A stretch of DNA of 62,125 bases, counting the filler. It is 4 parts of 4 records of this genome, joined end to end, with 100 filler letters (N's around TTAATTAATTAA, not from the genome) between each part and the next. Parts side by side here need not be neighbours in the genome. Positions count along the whole stretch, not along the records: positions 1 to 22,892 come from SRR20825019_893; 3 more parts are not named here. The stretch is one strand, 5' to 3'. How positions within the stretch are numbered: position 1 is the first letter of the stretch; each line of letters begins with the position of its first letter. The notes under the pieces were generated by a model. The model saw only the letters and a program-made list of their open reading frames with translations. It made no database searches and was not told where the DNA came from. The position numbers and the translations under genes are program-made. This document shows positions 1-10,913 of the stretch, piece by piece.

Positions 1-203
1 ATCCAAAAGGAAAGCTTAGACTTTTATATGAATGCAACCCAATGGCGATGATTGCAGAACAAGCTGGAGGAAAAGCCAGCGATGGGTTTGGACGTATTAT
101 GGAAGTACAACCAACAACATTACACCAACGTGTACCCTTTTTCTGTGGAAGTACAAAAATGGTAGAAAAAGCAGAAGAATTTATGAAACAAGCAGATTCT
201 TAA
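1..203 (+). CDS. fbp: Class 1 fructose-1,6-bisphosphatase, C-terminal fragment
   Basis: Frame from nt 3 reads [28 protein letters not shown]...[19 protein letters not shown] is the class 1 FBPase signature; stop TAA 201-203. Not in the ORF track (no start). Confidence 0.93.
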   Translation, partial: PKGKLRLLYECNPMAMIAEQAGGKASDGFGRIMEVQPTTLHQRVPFFCGSTKMVEKAEEFMKQADS

Positions 204-224
204 GGTAATTTTATATTCAAAACC

Positions 225-258
225 AATAAAAAAAGCTCCTTTTGGAGCTTTTTTTATT
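225..258. terminator. Bidirectional intrinsic terminator
   Basis: aataaaaaaagctcc-tttt-ggagctttttttatt hairpin with A and T tails between convergent genes. Confidence 0.85.
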
Positions 259-304
259 TTTAGAAACCATATAAATCCCGCTGATTTGAGATTACTATAG
301 GCTT

Positions 305-730
305 TTATTTTTTATTTAGAAGATGTATATAGTCTTCAAGATCAAGACCACCACTATAAATTTCAATAGATCTTTTTATTAATTTTTGTGCAGACTCCGA
401 ACTATATCCTAAACCAATTGCATATTTCTCAATTAAAAAACGCTCATGGTCATCTATATCATGATCGGCAAAAATAATTTGGAATAAATCATGCAAACGC
501 TCCAAACGTCTTTCAGACGAATTTGGCGGGTTTATTGGGTATTTTGTTGGATTTTTTAATACTTCAGCGTATTCTGTTTCATTAATATCCAACTTTCGTG
601 CAAAACGTTGCAACATTTTTTCTTCCTCAGAATTCAACTCTCCATCAATGGAAGCCATATTTGCAATAGATGCAAAGTGCCCTAAATTTCGGGAATGCTC
701 CCCGCTTTCAAATAAATCTGTAAATGACAT
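305..730 (-). CDS. TerB-family (tellurite-resistance fold) protein
   Basis: 141 aa; MASIDGELNSEEEKML and IFADHDIDDHE acidic TerB-type motifs. Confidence 0.75.
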   Translation of the reverse strand: MSFTDLFESGEHSRNLGHFASIANMASIDGELNSEEEKMLQRFARKLDINETEYAEVLKNPTKYPINPPNSSERRLERLHDLFQIIFADHDIDDHERFLIEKYAIGLGYSSESAQKLIKRSIEIYSGGLDLEDYIHLLNKK

Positions 731-873
731 ATCTTGGATTTTTTATGATGCAAATATAAAACTTGTAATTCATTTTTAAAGCCTTATTTCTTTTGAAAAG
801 TAACCATTTATTAATTCTTATCATTCATAATGCCTTGTAGCATAACTAAATTTTGATTTACCTTTGCCAACCA

Positions 874-3800
874 ATGAGCAAAAACCTCGTTACTACATTT
901 TATTCACAGTCTTCGCAAACACGAAAACTAGGGGATGCTATTGCCGCTTCTGAACAAAACATACAAGTTTCAAACCTTGTAGGGTCGTCAGTTTCATTAG
1001 TTATTGCACAAACTTTTACTACTTCAGAAGTACCTTTTCTTTTAATTTTTAATGATAAAGAAGAAGCTGCATACCATTTAAACGATTTGGAAAATTTATT
1101 GGGAAGTCAAAACGTGCTTTTCTATCCTGGAAGTTACCGACGCCCCTATCAAATTGAAGAAACTGATAACGCCAATGTGCTTTTGCGAAGTGAAGTTTTA
1201 AATAGAATTAATTCTAGGAAAAAACCTGCACTGATTGTAACCTACCCTGAAGCACTTTTTGAAAAAGTGGTTACCCGAAAAGAATTGGAACGCAACACAC
1301 TTAAAATTGCAGTTAACGACCAACTTTCAATCGATTTTGTAAACGAAGTTTTATTTGAATATCGCTTCAAAAGAACCGACTTTGTAACGGAACCAGGTGA
1401 GTTTTCAGTCCGTGGTGGGATTTTAGATGTGTTTAGTTTTAGTAATGACGAACCCTACCGAATTGAGTTTTTTGGCGACGATGTGGATAGTATTCGAACG
1501 TTTGATGTGGAAACACAACTTTCTTTGGAACAAGTGAAAAAAGTTTCCATTATCCCAAATGTGGAAAATAAGATGGTTGACGAAAACCGTGAAACTTTTT
1601 TAAAATATATCGCTTCAAAAACAGTAGTTTTTCTAAAAAACGAAGCACTTTTTAGCAGTGCAATAGATTCACTTTTCAAAAAAGCGATTGATGCTTTCAA
1701 TGCCATTGATTCGGAAATAAAACGCGCAAAACCTTCCGAATTATTCTGCACTTCCGAATTATTGAAAGGGCAGTTAAATGAATTTACAACTGTTCATTTA
1801 AAAAATAGTTCGATTTCAGAGTCAATTACGTTTTCTACGAGACCACAACCGTCATTCAACAAACAATTCAATTTACTGATTGAAAATCTGAATGTAAATA
1901 CTGAAAAGGCTTATAAAAACTACATTTTTTGTAGTAGTGAACAGCAAGCTAAACGCTTTCACGATATTTTTGAAGATGCAGAACAGCACGTAGAACAATA
2001 CGAAACCATTGTTTTTCCACTTTTTCAAGGCTTTATAGACGACGATTTAAAAATTGTTTGTTATACAGATCACCAGATTTTTGAGCGCTACCATAAATTT
2101 CAACTCAAAAATGGTTATGCAAAAAAGCAGGCAATTACACTAAAGGAGATTTCCAATCTGGAAGTAGGCGATTATGTAACCCATATTGACCATGGAATAG
2201 GCAAATTTGGGGGCTTACAGAAAATAGATGTAGAAGGAAAAATGCAAGAAGCCATCAAGCTTTTTTATGGCGAACGCGATATTTTGTACTTAAGCATTCA
2301 TTCATTACATAAAATTTCAAAATACAACGGTAAGGACGGAAAAGAACCCAAAATTTATAAATTGGGTAGTGATGCGTGGAAAAAATTAAAGCAAAAAACC
2401 AAAACGCGCGTTAAGGAAATTGCATTCAATTTAATTGAACTTTACGCCAAACGCCGCACTTTAAAAGGATTTGCTTTCGATCCAGACAGTTATTTGCAAG
2501 CTGAATTGGAATCTTCTTTTATTTATGAAGATACGCCAGACCAGAGTACTGCTACAGAAGACGTAAAAAAAGATATGGAAAACGAACGCCCGATGGATCG
2601 ACTGGTCTGTGGCGATGTTGGTTTCGGAAAAACAGAAGTTGCAATTCGTGCAGCTTTTAAAGCTGTAGATAATGGCAAGCAAGTTGCCGTTTTGGTGCCG
2701 ACTACTATTTTAGCGTTTCAGCATTTTAAAACATTTTCCGAAAGGCTTTCTGAAATGCCTGTAAAAGTTGATTATCTAAACCGTTTTAGAACTTCCAAAG
2801 AGCGTAAAACGGTTTTGGAAGAATTAAAAAATGGTAGATTAGATATTGTAATTGGCACACATCAATTGGTCAATAAAACGGTGGAATTTAAAGATTTGGG
2901 ACTGTTAATTATTGATGAAGAACAGAAATTTGGAGTTGCAGTAAAAGATAAATTGAAAACTATTAAAGAAAATGTAGATACGCTAACGCTAACAGCAACG
3001 CCCATTCCACGAACGTTACAGTTTAGTTTGATGGCAGCGCGCGATCTTTCTGTAATTACAACACCGCCACCAAATCGTTATCCTGTAGAAACACATGTTG
3101 TGCGTTTTGGTGAAGAAAATATTCGAGACGCAGTGCGTTATGAAATTTCTCGTGGTGGGCAAGTTTTCTTCGTTCATAATCGTATTGAAAATATAAAAGA
3201 AGTTGCCGGAATGATACAACGGTTGGTGCCAGATGCAAAAATTGGCATTGGTCACGGGCAGATGGATGGCAAAAAACTGGAAGATTTAATGCTTCGGTTT
3301 ATGAATAATGAATTTGATGTTTTGGTTTCTACAACCATCATTGAAAGTGGTTTGGATGTGCCAAATGCGAATACTATTTTTATCAATAACGCCAATAATT
3401 TTGGACTTTCAGACCTTCACCAGATGCGTGGTCGTGTGGGAAGAAGCAATAAAAAAGCATTTTGCTATTTTATAACCCCAGAATATTCTGCAATGACCGA
3501 TGATGCGCGAAAACGAATTACTGCGTTGGAACAGTTTAGCGAATTAGGTAGCGGAATAAATATCGCTATGAAGGATTTGGAAATTCGTGGCGCTGGCGAT
3601 TTGCTGGGAGGTGAACAAAGTGGTTTTATAAATGAAATTGGATTTGAAACCTATCAAAAAATCCTTTCTGAAGCAATTGAAGAACTCAAAGAAAAAGAGT
3701 TTAAAAACCTGTATGAAGATGCTTCAACTTCACATGGAGACCGAGCTTTAAGCGGCGACAAAGAGCGTAAATTTGTAAAAGAAATTACAATAGATACCGA

Positions 3801-4248
3801 TTTTGAACTTCTGTTTCCCGACGATTATGTAAACAACATCACTGAAAGGTTAAACCTTTATACCAAGCTGAACGAGTTAAAAAGCGAAGCCGAACTTCAG
3901 CAGTTTGAAAAAGAATTAGTAGACCGTTTTGGTGAAATGCCCAAACAAGCTGAAGATTTGCTAAACAGTGTCCGCATTAAATGGATTGCAATTGCCATGG
4001 GCTTGGAGCGTATGGTAATGAAGCAGAAAAAAATGGTTGGCTATTTTGTGGCAGACCAACAGAGTGCTTTTTACCAAAGTACAACGTTTACCAAAGTGCT
4101 ACAATACGTACAAAGCAATCCTCAGAAAATTAAGATGAAAGAAAAGCAAACGCGCAACGGATTGCGTTTATTACTAACTTTTGAAGGCATATCCACAGTT
4201 GAACAAGCACTTCTAGCATTGAATCGATTTTCGGGAGAAAGCCTTTAA
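874..4248 (+). CDS. mfd: Transcription-repair coupling factor
   Basis: UvrB-like N-terminus, CarD/RID (GDYVTHIDHGIG), GDVGFGKT, DEEQKFG, TATPIPRT, QMRGRVGR, TRG motif. ATG 874 preferred; TACCTTTG -7 promoter box at 859-866. Confidence 0.97.
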   Translation: MSKNLVTTFYSQSSQTRKLGDAIAASEQNIQVSNLVGSSVSLVIAQTFTTSEVPFLLIFNDKEEAAYHLNDLENLLGSQNVLFYPGSYRRPYQIEETDNANVLLRSEVLNRINSRKKPALIVTYPEALFEKVVTRKELERNTLKIAVNDQLSIDFVNEVLFEYRFKRTDFVTEPGEFSVRGGILDVFSFSNDEPYRIEFFGDDVDSIRTFDVETQLSLEQVKKVSIIPNVENKMVDENRETFLKYIASKTVVFLKNEALFSSAIDSLFKKAIDAFNAIDSEIKRAKPSELFCTSELLKGQLNEFTTVHLKNSSISESITFSTRPQPSFNKQFNLLIENLNVNTEKAYKNYIFCSSEQQAKRFHDIFEDAEQHVEQYETIVFPLFQGFIDDDLKIVCYTDHQIFERYHKFQLKNGYAKKQAITLKEISNLEVGDYVTHIDHGIGKFGGLQKIDVEGKMQEAIKLFYGERDILYLSIHSLHKISKYNGKDGKEPKIYKLGSDAWKKLKQKTKTRVKEIAFNLIELYAKRRTLKGFAFDPDSYLQAELESSFIYEDTPDQSTATEDVKKDMENERPMDRLVCGDVGFGKTEVAIRAAFKAVDNGKQVAVLVPTTILAFQHFKTFSERLSEMPVKVDYLNRFRTSKERKTVLEELKNGRLDIVIGTHQLVNKTVEFKDLGLLIIDEEQKFGVAVKDKLKTIKENVDTLTLTATPIPRTLQFSLMAARDLSVITTPPPNRYPVETHVVRFGEENIRDAVRYEISRGGQVFFVHNRIENIKEVAGMIQRLVPDAKIGIGHGQMDGKKLEDLMLRFMNNEFDVLVSTTIIESGLDVPNANTIFINNANNFGLSDLHQMRGRVGRSNKKAFCYFITPEYSAMTDDARKRITALEQFSELGSGINIAMKDLEIRGAGDLLGGEQSGFINEIGFETYQKILSEAIEELKEKEFKNLYEDASTSHGDRALSGDKERKFVKEITIDTDFELLFPDDYVNNITERLNLYTKLNELKSEAELQQFEKELVDRFGEMPKQAEDLLNSVRIKWIAIAMGLERMVMKQKKMVGYFVADQQSAFYQSTTFTKVLQYVQSNPQKIKMKEKQTRNGLRLLLTFEGISTVEQALLALNRFSGESL

Positions 4249-4432
4249 AATTGGCAAATGTCGTGTAAATGTCGGGTGAAATTCACTTGAAAATATTGCA
4301 CTACATTTACTACCATCGTACTATTGCTTCATAAAATTTAAAACAATGAAACATCCACTAGCTTTTCCTGAAAACAGCAAAATGTCTAATAGGATGTTCC
4401 ATATGTCCTTTATAAAATAATATTACAGACAG

Positions 4433-5251
4433 ATGAAACAACCCGAACTCGGCCGTAAAATTTTAGAGCTTAGAAAAGAAAAAGGCTTTACTCAAGAAGA
4501 ACTTGTGGACCAATGCAATATAAATGTGCGAACCATTCAGCGTATTGAAGCCGGAGAAGTTACCCCACGAAGTTTTACTTTGAAAACCATTTTGAATGTT
4601 TTGGGCGAGGATTTGGAGCATTTGCAAAAATCTGAAACCTCCCATTTTGAAAATTTTAGTCTAAAGGAAATTAATTTTTCATCCTATTATCTAAAATTTG
4701 CATGGATTTGTGGGTTAATTTATTTTCTCTCAGGCTTTGTAGAATTTGCTGTTGACTATGCCAGATTTCATGAAGATAAATTGATAATTTCCAAAAACGC
4801 ATACATAAGTATGAAATTTATTGTGATGTTGGTTTTCATATATTTTTTATGGGGTTTTGTTTTAAGCGGTAAAATCTTCAATAATTATTTGCTAAAAATC
4901 GGAGCTTTCTTTTTAATTGGCACTACCATTTTATTTTATGGGTATGATATGGTATCGCTTTATTATGAACCATTTTACATTGAATATGTTATAATAATTC
5001 AATCCATTTTCTGTGGTATAGGCAGTATTATTTTTGGTTTAGCATTGATGCGATTAAAAAAACCTATGGGAAAACTTCCAGAAATAGCTGGCGGATTAGA
5101 AGTAGTAAGCGGAATTTTGTTTTCACTTGTTTTTATGGCGTGGTTGGGACTTTTCTTTTTAATTCCAACTATAATTTTACAAATTATTCTACTCTATAAA
5201 ATTGAAGAATTTGTAAAAAAGGAAAGAGATTCACGGCATCATGAAAATTAA
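4433..5251 (+). CDS. XRE-family HTH regulator fused to a multi-pass membrane domain
   Basis: LRKEKGFTQEELVDQCNINVRTIQRIEAGEVTPR HTH_3 followed by about six hydrophobic segments. Confidence 0.85.
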   Translation: MKQPELGRKILELRKEKGFTQEELVDQCNINVRTIQRIEAGEVTPRSFTLKTILNVLGEDLEHLQKSETSHFENFSLKEINFSSYYLKFAWICGLIYFLSGFVEFAVDYARFHEDKLIISKNAYISMKFIVMLVFIYFLWGFVLSGKIFNNYLLKIGAFFLIGTTILFYGYDMVSLYYEPFYIEYVIIIQSIFCGIGSIIFGLALMRLKKPMGKLPEIAGGLEVVSGILFSLVFMAWLGLFFLIPTIILQIILLYKIEEFVKKERDSRHHEN

Positions 5252-5610
5252 AAATGATAAAATGCATTCTCAAAATGTTCTAATTTTTCGATTTTTTCAT
5301 TTTTCAAAATTGCGATGATATCGAAACGTACTTCAGCTTCAAGTTCGTTTGAAACAATATATTCATTTGCTGCTTTTACTAAAAGTTTAATTTTATTTTG
5401 AGTAACAAAATCTTGAGGATCGCCAAAAAAAGCACTGTTACGCGTTTTTACTTCAACCATCACAATTGTTTTTTCTTCTTTTTGAGCAATAATGTCAATC
5501 TCAGCTTTGTCGAAAAAAAAGTTACGCCGTAGAATTTTATAGCCTTTTTTTAATAGATATTGCGCAGCAATTTCTTCACCTATTTTTCCGAGTTCGTTGT
5601 GTGAGGCCAT
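5248..5610 (-). CDS. yraN: YraN (UPF0102) family protein
   Basis: LGKIGEEIAAQYL, AEIDIIA, VEVKTR, RFDII motifs. Confidence 0.92.
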   Translation of the reverse strand: MASHNELGKIGEEIAAQYLLKKGYKILRRNFFFDKAEIDIIAQKEEKTIVMVEVKTRNSAFFGDPQDFVTQNKIKLLVKAANEYIVSNELEAEVRFDIIAILKNEKIEKLEHFENAFYHF

Positions 5611-5655
5611 CTTTTTTACAATTTTATATTGCCAATTTATAATTTCTTTTGAAGT

Positions 5656-6552
5656 TTAAAATTGAACACTGATAGTTGAAGAGTGCATATTTAACGCAAC
5701 TTTTCTTCCCATAACTAATGCCCGATTATCAACAATATGCCCAGCTGGAAAATTTGAAATTACAGGATAATTGTATTCTTTTACCAAATCGATTATTATT
5801 TCTTCAGCCGTTTTTCCGAAGTATACTTTATTATCTTTCATTTGCGTCATACCACCAATTATAAGCGCTTTCAAGTTTTTTAAATACCCACTTCGCTTTA
5901 AATTCATCATCATTCGGTCAATATGATATAACATTTCATCAAGATCTTCTATAAAAAGAATTTTTCCATCAGTTTTCATTTCTGAAGTACTTCCAATAAG
6001 AGAATACAATACCGAAAGATTTCCGCCAATGATTTCACCAGAAATTTCAACCTCAGTATTCTTTTTTTCGGTGGAATTATAGGTGATTGAGTGGTTATTT
6101 CCGAACAAAATATTTTTTAGAGAACTTGCGGTTTCAGGGGTTTTATTTTCAATTTCCAAACACATTTGTGCGTGTAAAGTTTCAATGCCGAAATTGTGAA
6201 TATGCGAATGTAAAACCGTTACATCACTATAACCGATAATCCATTTTGGAGCTTTTTTGAAGGTCGAAAAATCAAGTTTATCAATAATCCGAACGGTTCC
6301 ATAGCCGCCGCGAGCACACCATATTGCTTTTACATCTTGGTCGTCCATCATGTGTTGAAAATCTGCCGCACGTAATGCATCGCTTCCAGCAAATTGGTTT
6401 TCTTCGGCGCCAATCGTTTTCCCTAAAACGGCATTTAAACCCCAACTTTCAAGTAATTGAAGTGCAGGTTTTAACTCTTCTTCCGAAATTTTCCGCGCAG
6501 TAGAAACGATGGCAACCGTATCGCCTTTTTGAAGTCTTTTTGGAGTAATCAT
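5656..6552 (-). CDS. LD-carboxypeptidase (peptidase S66)
   Basis: ARGGYG, GYSD (catalytic Ser), GGNLS, ILFIED, AGH motifs; ATG 6552 preferred. Confidence 0.92.
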   Translation of the reverse strand: MITPKRLQKGDTVAIVSTARKISEEELKPALQLLESWGLNAVLGKTIGAEENQFAGSDALRAADFQHMMDDQDVKAIWCARGGYGTVRIIDKLDFSTFKKAPKWIIGYSDVTVLHSHIHNFGIETLHAQMCLEIENKTPETASSLKNILFGNNHSITYNSTEKKNTEVEISGEIIGGNLSVLYSLIGSTSEMKTDGKILFIEDLDEMLYHIDRMMMNLKRSGYLKNLKALIIGGMTQMKDNKVYFGKTAEEIIIDLVKEYNYPVISNFPAGHIVDNRALVMGRKVALNMHSSTISVQF

Positions 6553-6614
6553 GAATCTATTTAAAACCACAAATTACTACATTTATGTGTACTTTTGTGC
6601 TTTCAAAAAAAATT

Positions 6615-8690
6615 ATGGACCAGAACCCAAACAGATATACAATTACAGCCGCATTGCCTTATACAAATGGACCCGTTCACATTGGGCATTTGGCGGGTGT
6701 TTACGTGCCAGCAGATATTTATGCGCGTTACCAAAGACTTCAAAATAAAGATGTTGCTTTTATTTGCGGAAGCGATGAGCACGGAGTTGCCATTACTTTA
6801 AAAGCGAAGAAAGAAGGTATTACACCACAGGAAGTAGTAGATAAATATCATGCTATTATTAAAAAAAGTTTTGAAGATTTCGGAATTTCTTTTGATAATT
6901 ATTCGCGCACTTCGGCGGAAATTCATCACAATACAGCTTCAGAGTTTTTTAAGAAAATGTATGAAGACGGAAAATTTATTGAAGAAGTAACCGAACAATT
7001 ATATGATGCGGAAGCCAACCAGTTTTTGGCAGACCGCTTTGTTCTTGGAACTTGCCCAAAATGTGGCTTCGAAGATAGTTATGGCGATCAATGTGAACAG
7101 TGTGGAACCAGCCACAACGCAACCGATTTAATAAATCCACGTAGCGCCATTTCTGGGAGTAAACCTGTTTTGAAAGAAACAAAACACTGGTTTTTACCTT
7201 TAAATGATTATGAAAATTTCTTAAAAGAATGGATTCTTGTAGACCATAAAAAAGACTGGAAAACCAATGTTCTTGGCCAATGCAAAAGCTGGATTGATGA
7301 CGGTTTGCGCCCACGTGCTGTAACCCGAGATTTGGATTGGGGGATTCCTGTGCCGGTAAAAGGTGCGGACGGAAAAGTGCTTTACGTTTGGTTTGATGCG
7401 CCAGTTGGGTATATTTCTTCAACAAAAGAATGGGCAGCTCGTGAAGGTAAAAACTGGGAAGATTATTGGAAAGACGAAAACACCAAACTTCTTCATTTTA
7501 TTGGGAAAGACAACATTGTATTTCACTGCATTATTTTCCCAGCAATGTTAAAAGCTGAAGGGAGTTATATTTTGCCAAACAACGTTCCTGCGAATGAATT
7601 TTTAAATTTGGAAGGCAATAAAATTTCAACCAGTAAAAACTGGGCGGTTTGGCTGCACGAGTATTTGGAAGATTTTCCAAACCAGCAAGATGTTTTGCGT
7701 TACGCATTAACGGCAAACGCTCCAGAAACAAAGGATAACGATTTTACGTGGGCAGATTTTCAAGCACGTAACAATAATGAATTAGTTGCTATTTTCGGAA
7801 ATTTTATAAACCGCGTACTCGTTTTAACTAATAAATATTACGATGGCGTTGTGCCACAGCCAGTCGCTTTTTTAGAAATTGACGAGCAAACATTAAATGA
7901 ATTAAAAGCCTATCCCGCGGTAATTGCAAGTTCGTTAGAGCGGTACCGTTTTCGTGAAGCACAATCAGAATTAATGAATGTTGCCCGCCTCGGAAATAAA
8001 TATTTGGCTGATGAAGAGCCATGGAAAACCATAAAAACTGATGAAGAACGCACAAAAACCGTAATGTATGTTGCATTGCAAATTGCTTCCGCTTTGGCAG
8101 TTTTAAGCGAACCATTTTTGCCGTTTACTTCAAACAAATTAAAAAACATGCTGAGTGTCACCCTGAGCGCAGTCGAAGGGTCTCTTCAATGGAACGACAT
8201 TTCCACAAAATCTGAATTGCTAAATAAAGGCCATAAAATAGGTAAAGCCGAACTGCTTTTTAGCAAAATAGAAGACGAACAAATTCAAACACAGTTAGAT
8301 AAATTACAAGCCAGTAAAAAGATGAATGAGATTGCAAATAAAAAAGTAGAAGCACAGAAAGAAACCATTCAATTTGATGATTTTACAAAGCTAGACATGC
8401 GTGTTGGAACCATTATTGAAGCCGAAAAAATGCCAAAGGCAAATAAACTTTTGGTTTTAAAGGTTGACACTGGTATTGATGTGCGTACTATAGTTTCGGG
8501 TATTGCAGAAAGTTTTAAACCTGAAGATATTGTTGGTAAAAAAGTAACCGTTTTAGTAAACCTTGCACCACGTGCGCTTCGTGGTGTGGAAAGCCAAGGA
8601 ATGATTTTAATGACCGAAAATGCGGAAGGAAAACTTGTATTTGTAAATCCAGGTGAAGATGGAGTTGAAAATGGGGTAATGATTAGTTAA
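6615..8690 (+). CDS. metG: Methionine--tRNA ligase with C-terminal tRNA-binding OB domain
   Basis: [15 protein letters not shown]...CEQC Zn knuckle, KISTS, C-terminal DMRVG...SQGMIL; ATG 6615; TACTTTTG -7 box at 6590-6597. Confidence 0.97.
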   Translation: MDQNPNRYTITAALPYTNGPVHIGHLAGVYVPADIYARYQRLQNKDVAFICGSDEHGVAITLKAKKEGITPQEVVDKYHAIIKKSFEDFGISFDNYSRTSAEIHHNTASEFFKKMYEDGKFIEEVTEQLYDAEANQFLADRFVLGTCPKCGFEDSYGDQCEQCGTSHNATDLINPRSAISGSKPVLKETKHWFLPLNDYENFLKEWILVDHKKDWKTNVLGQCKSWIDDGLRPRAVTRDLDWGIPVPVKGADGKVLYVWFDAPVGYISSTKEWAAREGKNWEDYWKDENTKLLHFIGKDNIVFHCIIFPAMLKAEGSYILPNNVPANEFLNLEGNKISTSKNWAVWLHEYLEDFPNQQDVLRYALTANAPETKDNDFTWADFQARNNNELVAIFGNFINRVLVLTNKYYDGVVPQPVAFLEIDEQTLNELKAYPAVIASSLERYRFREAQSELMNVARLGNKYLADEEPWKTIKTDEERTKTVMYVALQIASALAVLSEPFLPFTSNKLKNMLSVTLSAVEGSLQWNDISTKSELLNKGHKIGKAELLFSKIEDEQIQTQLDKLQASKKMNEIANKKVEAQKETIQFDDFTKLDMRVGTIIEAEKMPKANKLLVLKVDTGIDVRTIVSGIAESFKPEDIVGKKVTVLVNLAPRALRGVESQGMILMTENAEGKLVFVNPGEDGVENGVMIS
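8156..8183 (+). repeat. REP-like palindromic repeat unit inside metG
   Basis: tgtcaccctgagcgcagtcgaagggtct: GC-rich patch in an AT-rich gene, resembles the GTCA.CCTGAGCG.AGTCGAAGG repeat I recognise from Flavobacteria; read as VTLSAVEGS. Confidence 0.65.
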
Positions 8691-8709
8691 TTTTTTTAAA
8701 TAAATAATG

Positions 8710-8751
8710 AATCCTTCGAATAGGCGACAGTTTATGCCCGCTCGAAGGATT
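8710..8751 (+). terminator. Hairpin after metG (terminator or REP-like element)
   Basis: aatccttcga...tcgaaggatt 10-bp stem followed by a T-rich tract. Confidence 0.6.
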
Positions 8752-8765
8752 TAATTTTTCTGGCA

Positions 8766-10913
8766 ATGATAAAGCTTCTAAATTTTATTACCACTCAAAC
8801 CCAACTACCACAAAAGAGTGTAGAAAACACAGTAACACTTTTAAACGAAGATTGCACAATCCCATTTATTTCCCGCTATCGTAAAGAATTAACAGGTAAT
8901 CTGGATGAAGTTCAAGTTGGCGATATTGTAAAGTATAAAGAACAGTTTGAAGCTTTGGAAAAACGCAAAGCGACCATCATAAAAGCGTTGGAAGAGCAAG
9001 AAGTTTTAACAGCTGAGCTTCAAAAGAAAATTGAAGAAACTACAGATCTTATCGTTTTAGAAGATTTGTATTTGCCCTACAAAAAGAAGCGAAAAACCAA
9101 AGCAGATATCGCAAGAGAAAACGGTTTGGAGCCCTTGGCGAAAATTATAATGAGCCAATCTCGAGGGATGAACACTACTGAAATTTCATCTTTAGCGTTA
9201 AAATATGTAAAAGGTGAAATCCATTCAGAAGAAGAAGCCCTAGAAGGCGCGCGCCACATTATTGCGGAGTGGATTAATGAACGCACCGATATTCGAAATA
9301 TGTTGCGAAACCAATTGGAACGCTTTGCAACAATTTCAACGAAAGTTGTTAAGAAATTTGAGGCTGATGAAAAAGCACAGAAATTCCGTGATTATTTTGA
9401 CTGGAACGAATCCTTAAACCGAATTCCTTCCCATAGATTACTGGCAATTCTTCGTGCTACTTCCGAAGGGTTTATTCGTAATAAAATAGAAATTGACGAT
9501 GAAAAAGCACTGTGGAAAATTGAAGACCGCATCGTAAAATCTAATGATGCTGCTTCAAAGCAAATAAAACTTGCTATTGAAGATAGTTACAAACGGTTGT
9601 TGCTTCCGGCGCTTTCTAATGAAGCGCTTTCTGCAGCAAAGGAAAAAGCAGATGAAATTGCGATTGCAGTTTTTGTAAAAAATTTAAAACAACTTTTGCT
9701 TGGTTCTCCCTTGGGTGAAAAGCGTGTTTTAGCAATAGATCCAGGATTTAGAACAGGTTGCAAAGTAGTTTGCCTCGATGCTCAAGGCGGTTTGCAACAC
9801 AATGAAACCATCTATCCGCATGCTCCAAAAAATGACACAAAAGGAGCAATGAAAAAAATAAGTTCGCTGGCAGATGCTCATAAAATTGAAGCTATTGCAA
9901 TAGGAAACGGAACCGCTTCGCGTGAAACGGAGCAATTTATAAAGCGAATTCAGTTTAAAAACGAGGTACAAGTTTTTGTGGTTAGCGAGGCTGGAGCGTC
10001 TATTTATTCGGCTTCAAAAATTGCGCGGGATGAATTCCCAAATTATGATGTAACGGTTCGTGGCGCAGTTTCTATCGGTCGCCGTTTGCAAGATCCATTG
10101 GCGGAATTGGTAAAAATTGATGCTAAATCTATTGGTGTTGGGCAATATCAACACGATGTGGACCAAAGCAAGCTTAAAAATTCGTTAGATACTTCGGTGG
10201 AATTGTGTGTGAATTCCGTTGGTGTAAATATAAATACCGCCAGTGTTCCACTCTTGAGTTATGTTTCTGGAATTGGCCCGAAATTAGCTGAAAATGTAGT
10301 GAATTATCGTGATGAAAATGGTGCTTTTTCTTCAAGAGAAGAAATAAAAAAAGTTTCTCGTTTGGGTGGAAAAGCCTTTGAACAAGCAGCAGGATTTTTA
10401 AGAATTAAAAATGGTAAAAACCCATTGGATGATTCTTCTGTGCATCCAGAAAGTTATACGGTTGTTTCAAAAATGGCAAAAGATGAAGGTGTAAAAGTTT
10501 CAGAATTAATAGGGAATAAACCACTTCTTCAGAAAATAAGTCTGGAAAAATACATTTCAGAAAAAATTGGGCTTCCAACTTTAAAAGATATTTTAAGCGA
10601 ACTAGAAAAACCTGGTTTAGACATTCGTGAAGCTGCAAAAGTGTTTACTTTCAACCAGAACATAAAAACGATTACCGATTTACAATCAGGGCAATTATTG
10701 CCAGGAATTGTAAATAATATTACCAATTTCGGCTGTTTTGTAGATATTGGCATAAAAGAAAGTGGATTGATACACGTTTCAAACCTTGCGGATGCCTTCG
10801 TTTCAGATGTGAGTGAACATGTGCATCTTCATCAACAAATCATCGTAAAAGTGCTAGATGTAGACGTGGAGCGGAAACGGATCCAGTTGAAGCTTCATAC
10901 CAAACGCGATTAA
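8766..10913 (+). CDS. tex: Tex family RNA-binding transcription accessory protein
   Basis: TIPFISRYRKE, YqgF domain IDPGFRTGCK, HhH motifs, C-terminal S1 domain. Confidence 0.95.
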   Translation: MIKLLNFITTQTQLPQKSVENTVTLLNEDCTIPFISRYRKELTGNLDEVQVGDIVKYKEQFEALEKRKATIIKALEEQEVLTAELQKKIEETTDLIVLEDLYLPYKKKRKTKADIARENGLEPLAKIIMSQSRGMNTTEISSLALKYVKGEIHSEEEALEGARHIIAEWINERTDIRNMLRNQLERFATISTKVVKKFEADEKAQKFRDYFDWNESLNRIPSHRLLAILRATSEGFIRNKIEIDDEKALWKIEDRIVKSNDAASKQIKLAIEDSYKRLLLPALSNEALSAAKEKADEIAIAVFVKNLKQLLLGSPLGEKRVLAIDPGFRTGCKVVCLDAQGGLQHNETIYPHAPKNDTKGAMKKISSLADAHKIEAIAIGNGTASRETEQFIKRIQFKNEVQVFVVSEAGASIYSASKIARDEFPNYDVTVRGAVSIGRRLQDPLAELVKIDAKSIGVGQYQHDVDQSKLKNSLDTSVELCVNSVGVNINTASVPLLSYVSGIGPKLAENVVNYRDENGAFSSREEIKKVSRLGGKAFEQAAGFLRIKNGKNPLDDSSVHPESYTVVSKMAKDEGVKVSELIGNKPLLQKISLEKYISEKIGLPTLKDILSELEKPGLDIREAAKVFTFNQNIKTITDLQSGQLLPGIVNNITNFGCFVDIGIKESGLIHVSNLADAFVSDVSEHVHLHQQIIVKVLDVDVERKRIQLKLHTKRD

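Noticed and set aside
9150-9172. Third repeat remnant in tex (SQSRG)
   Set aside because: Similarity to gcgcagtcgaagg is too short to support without an alignment.
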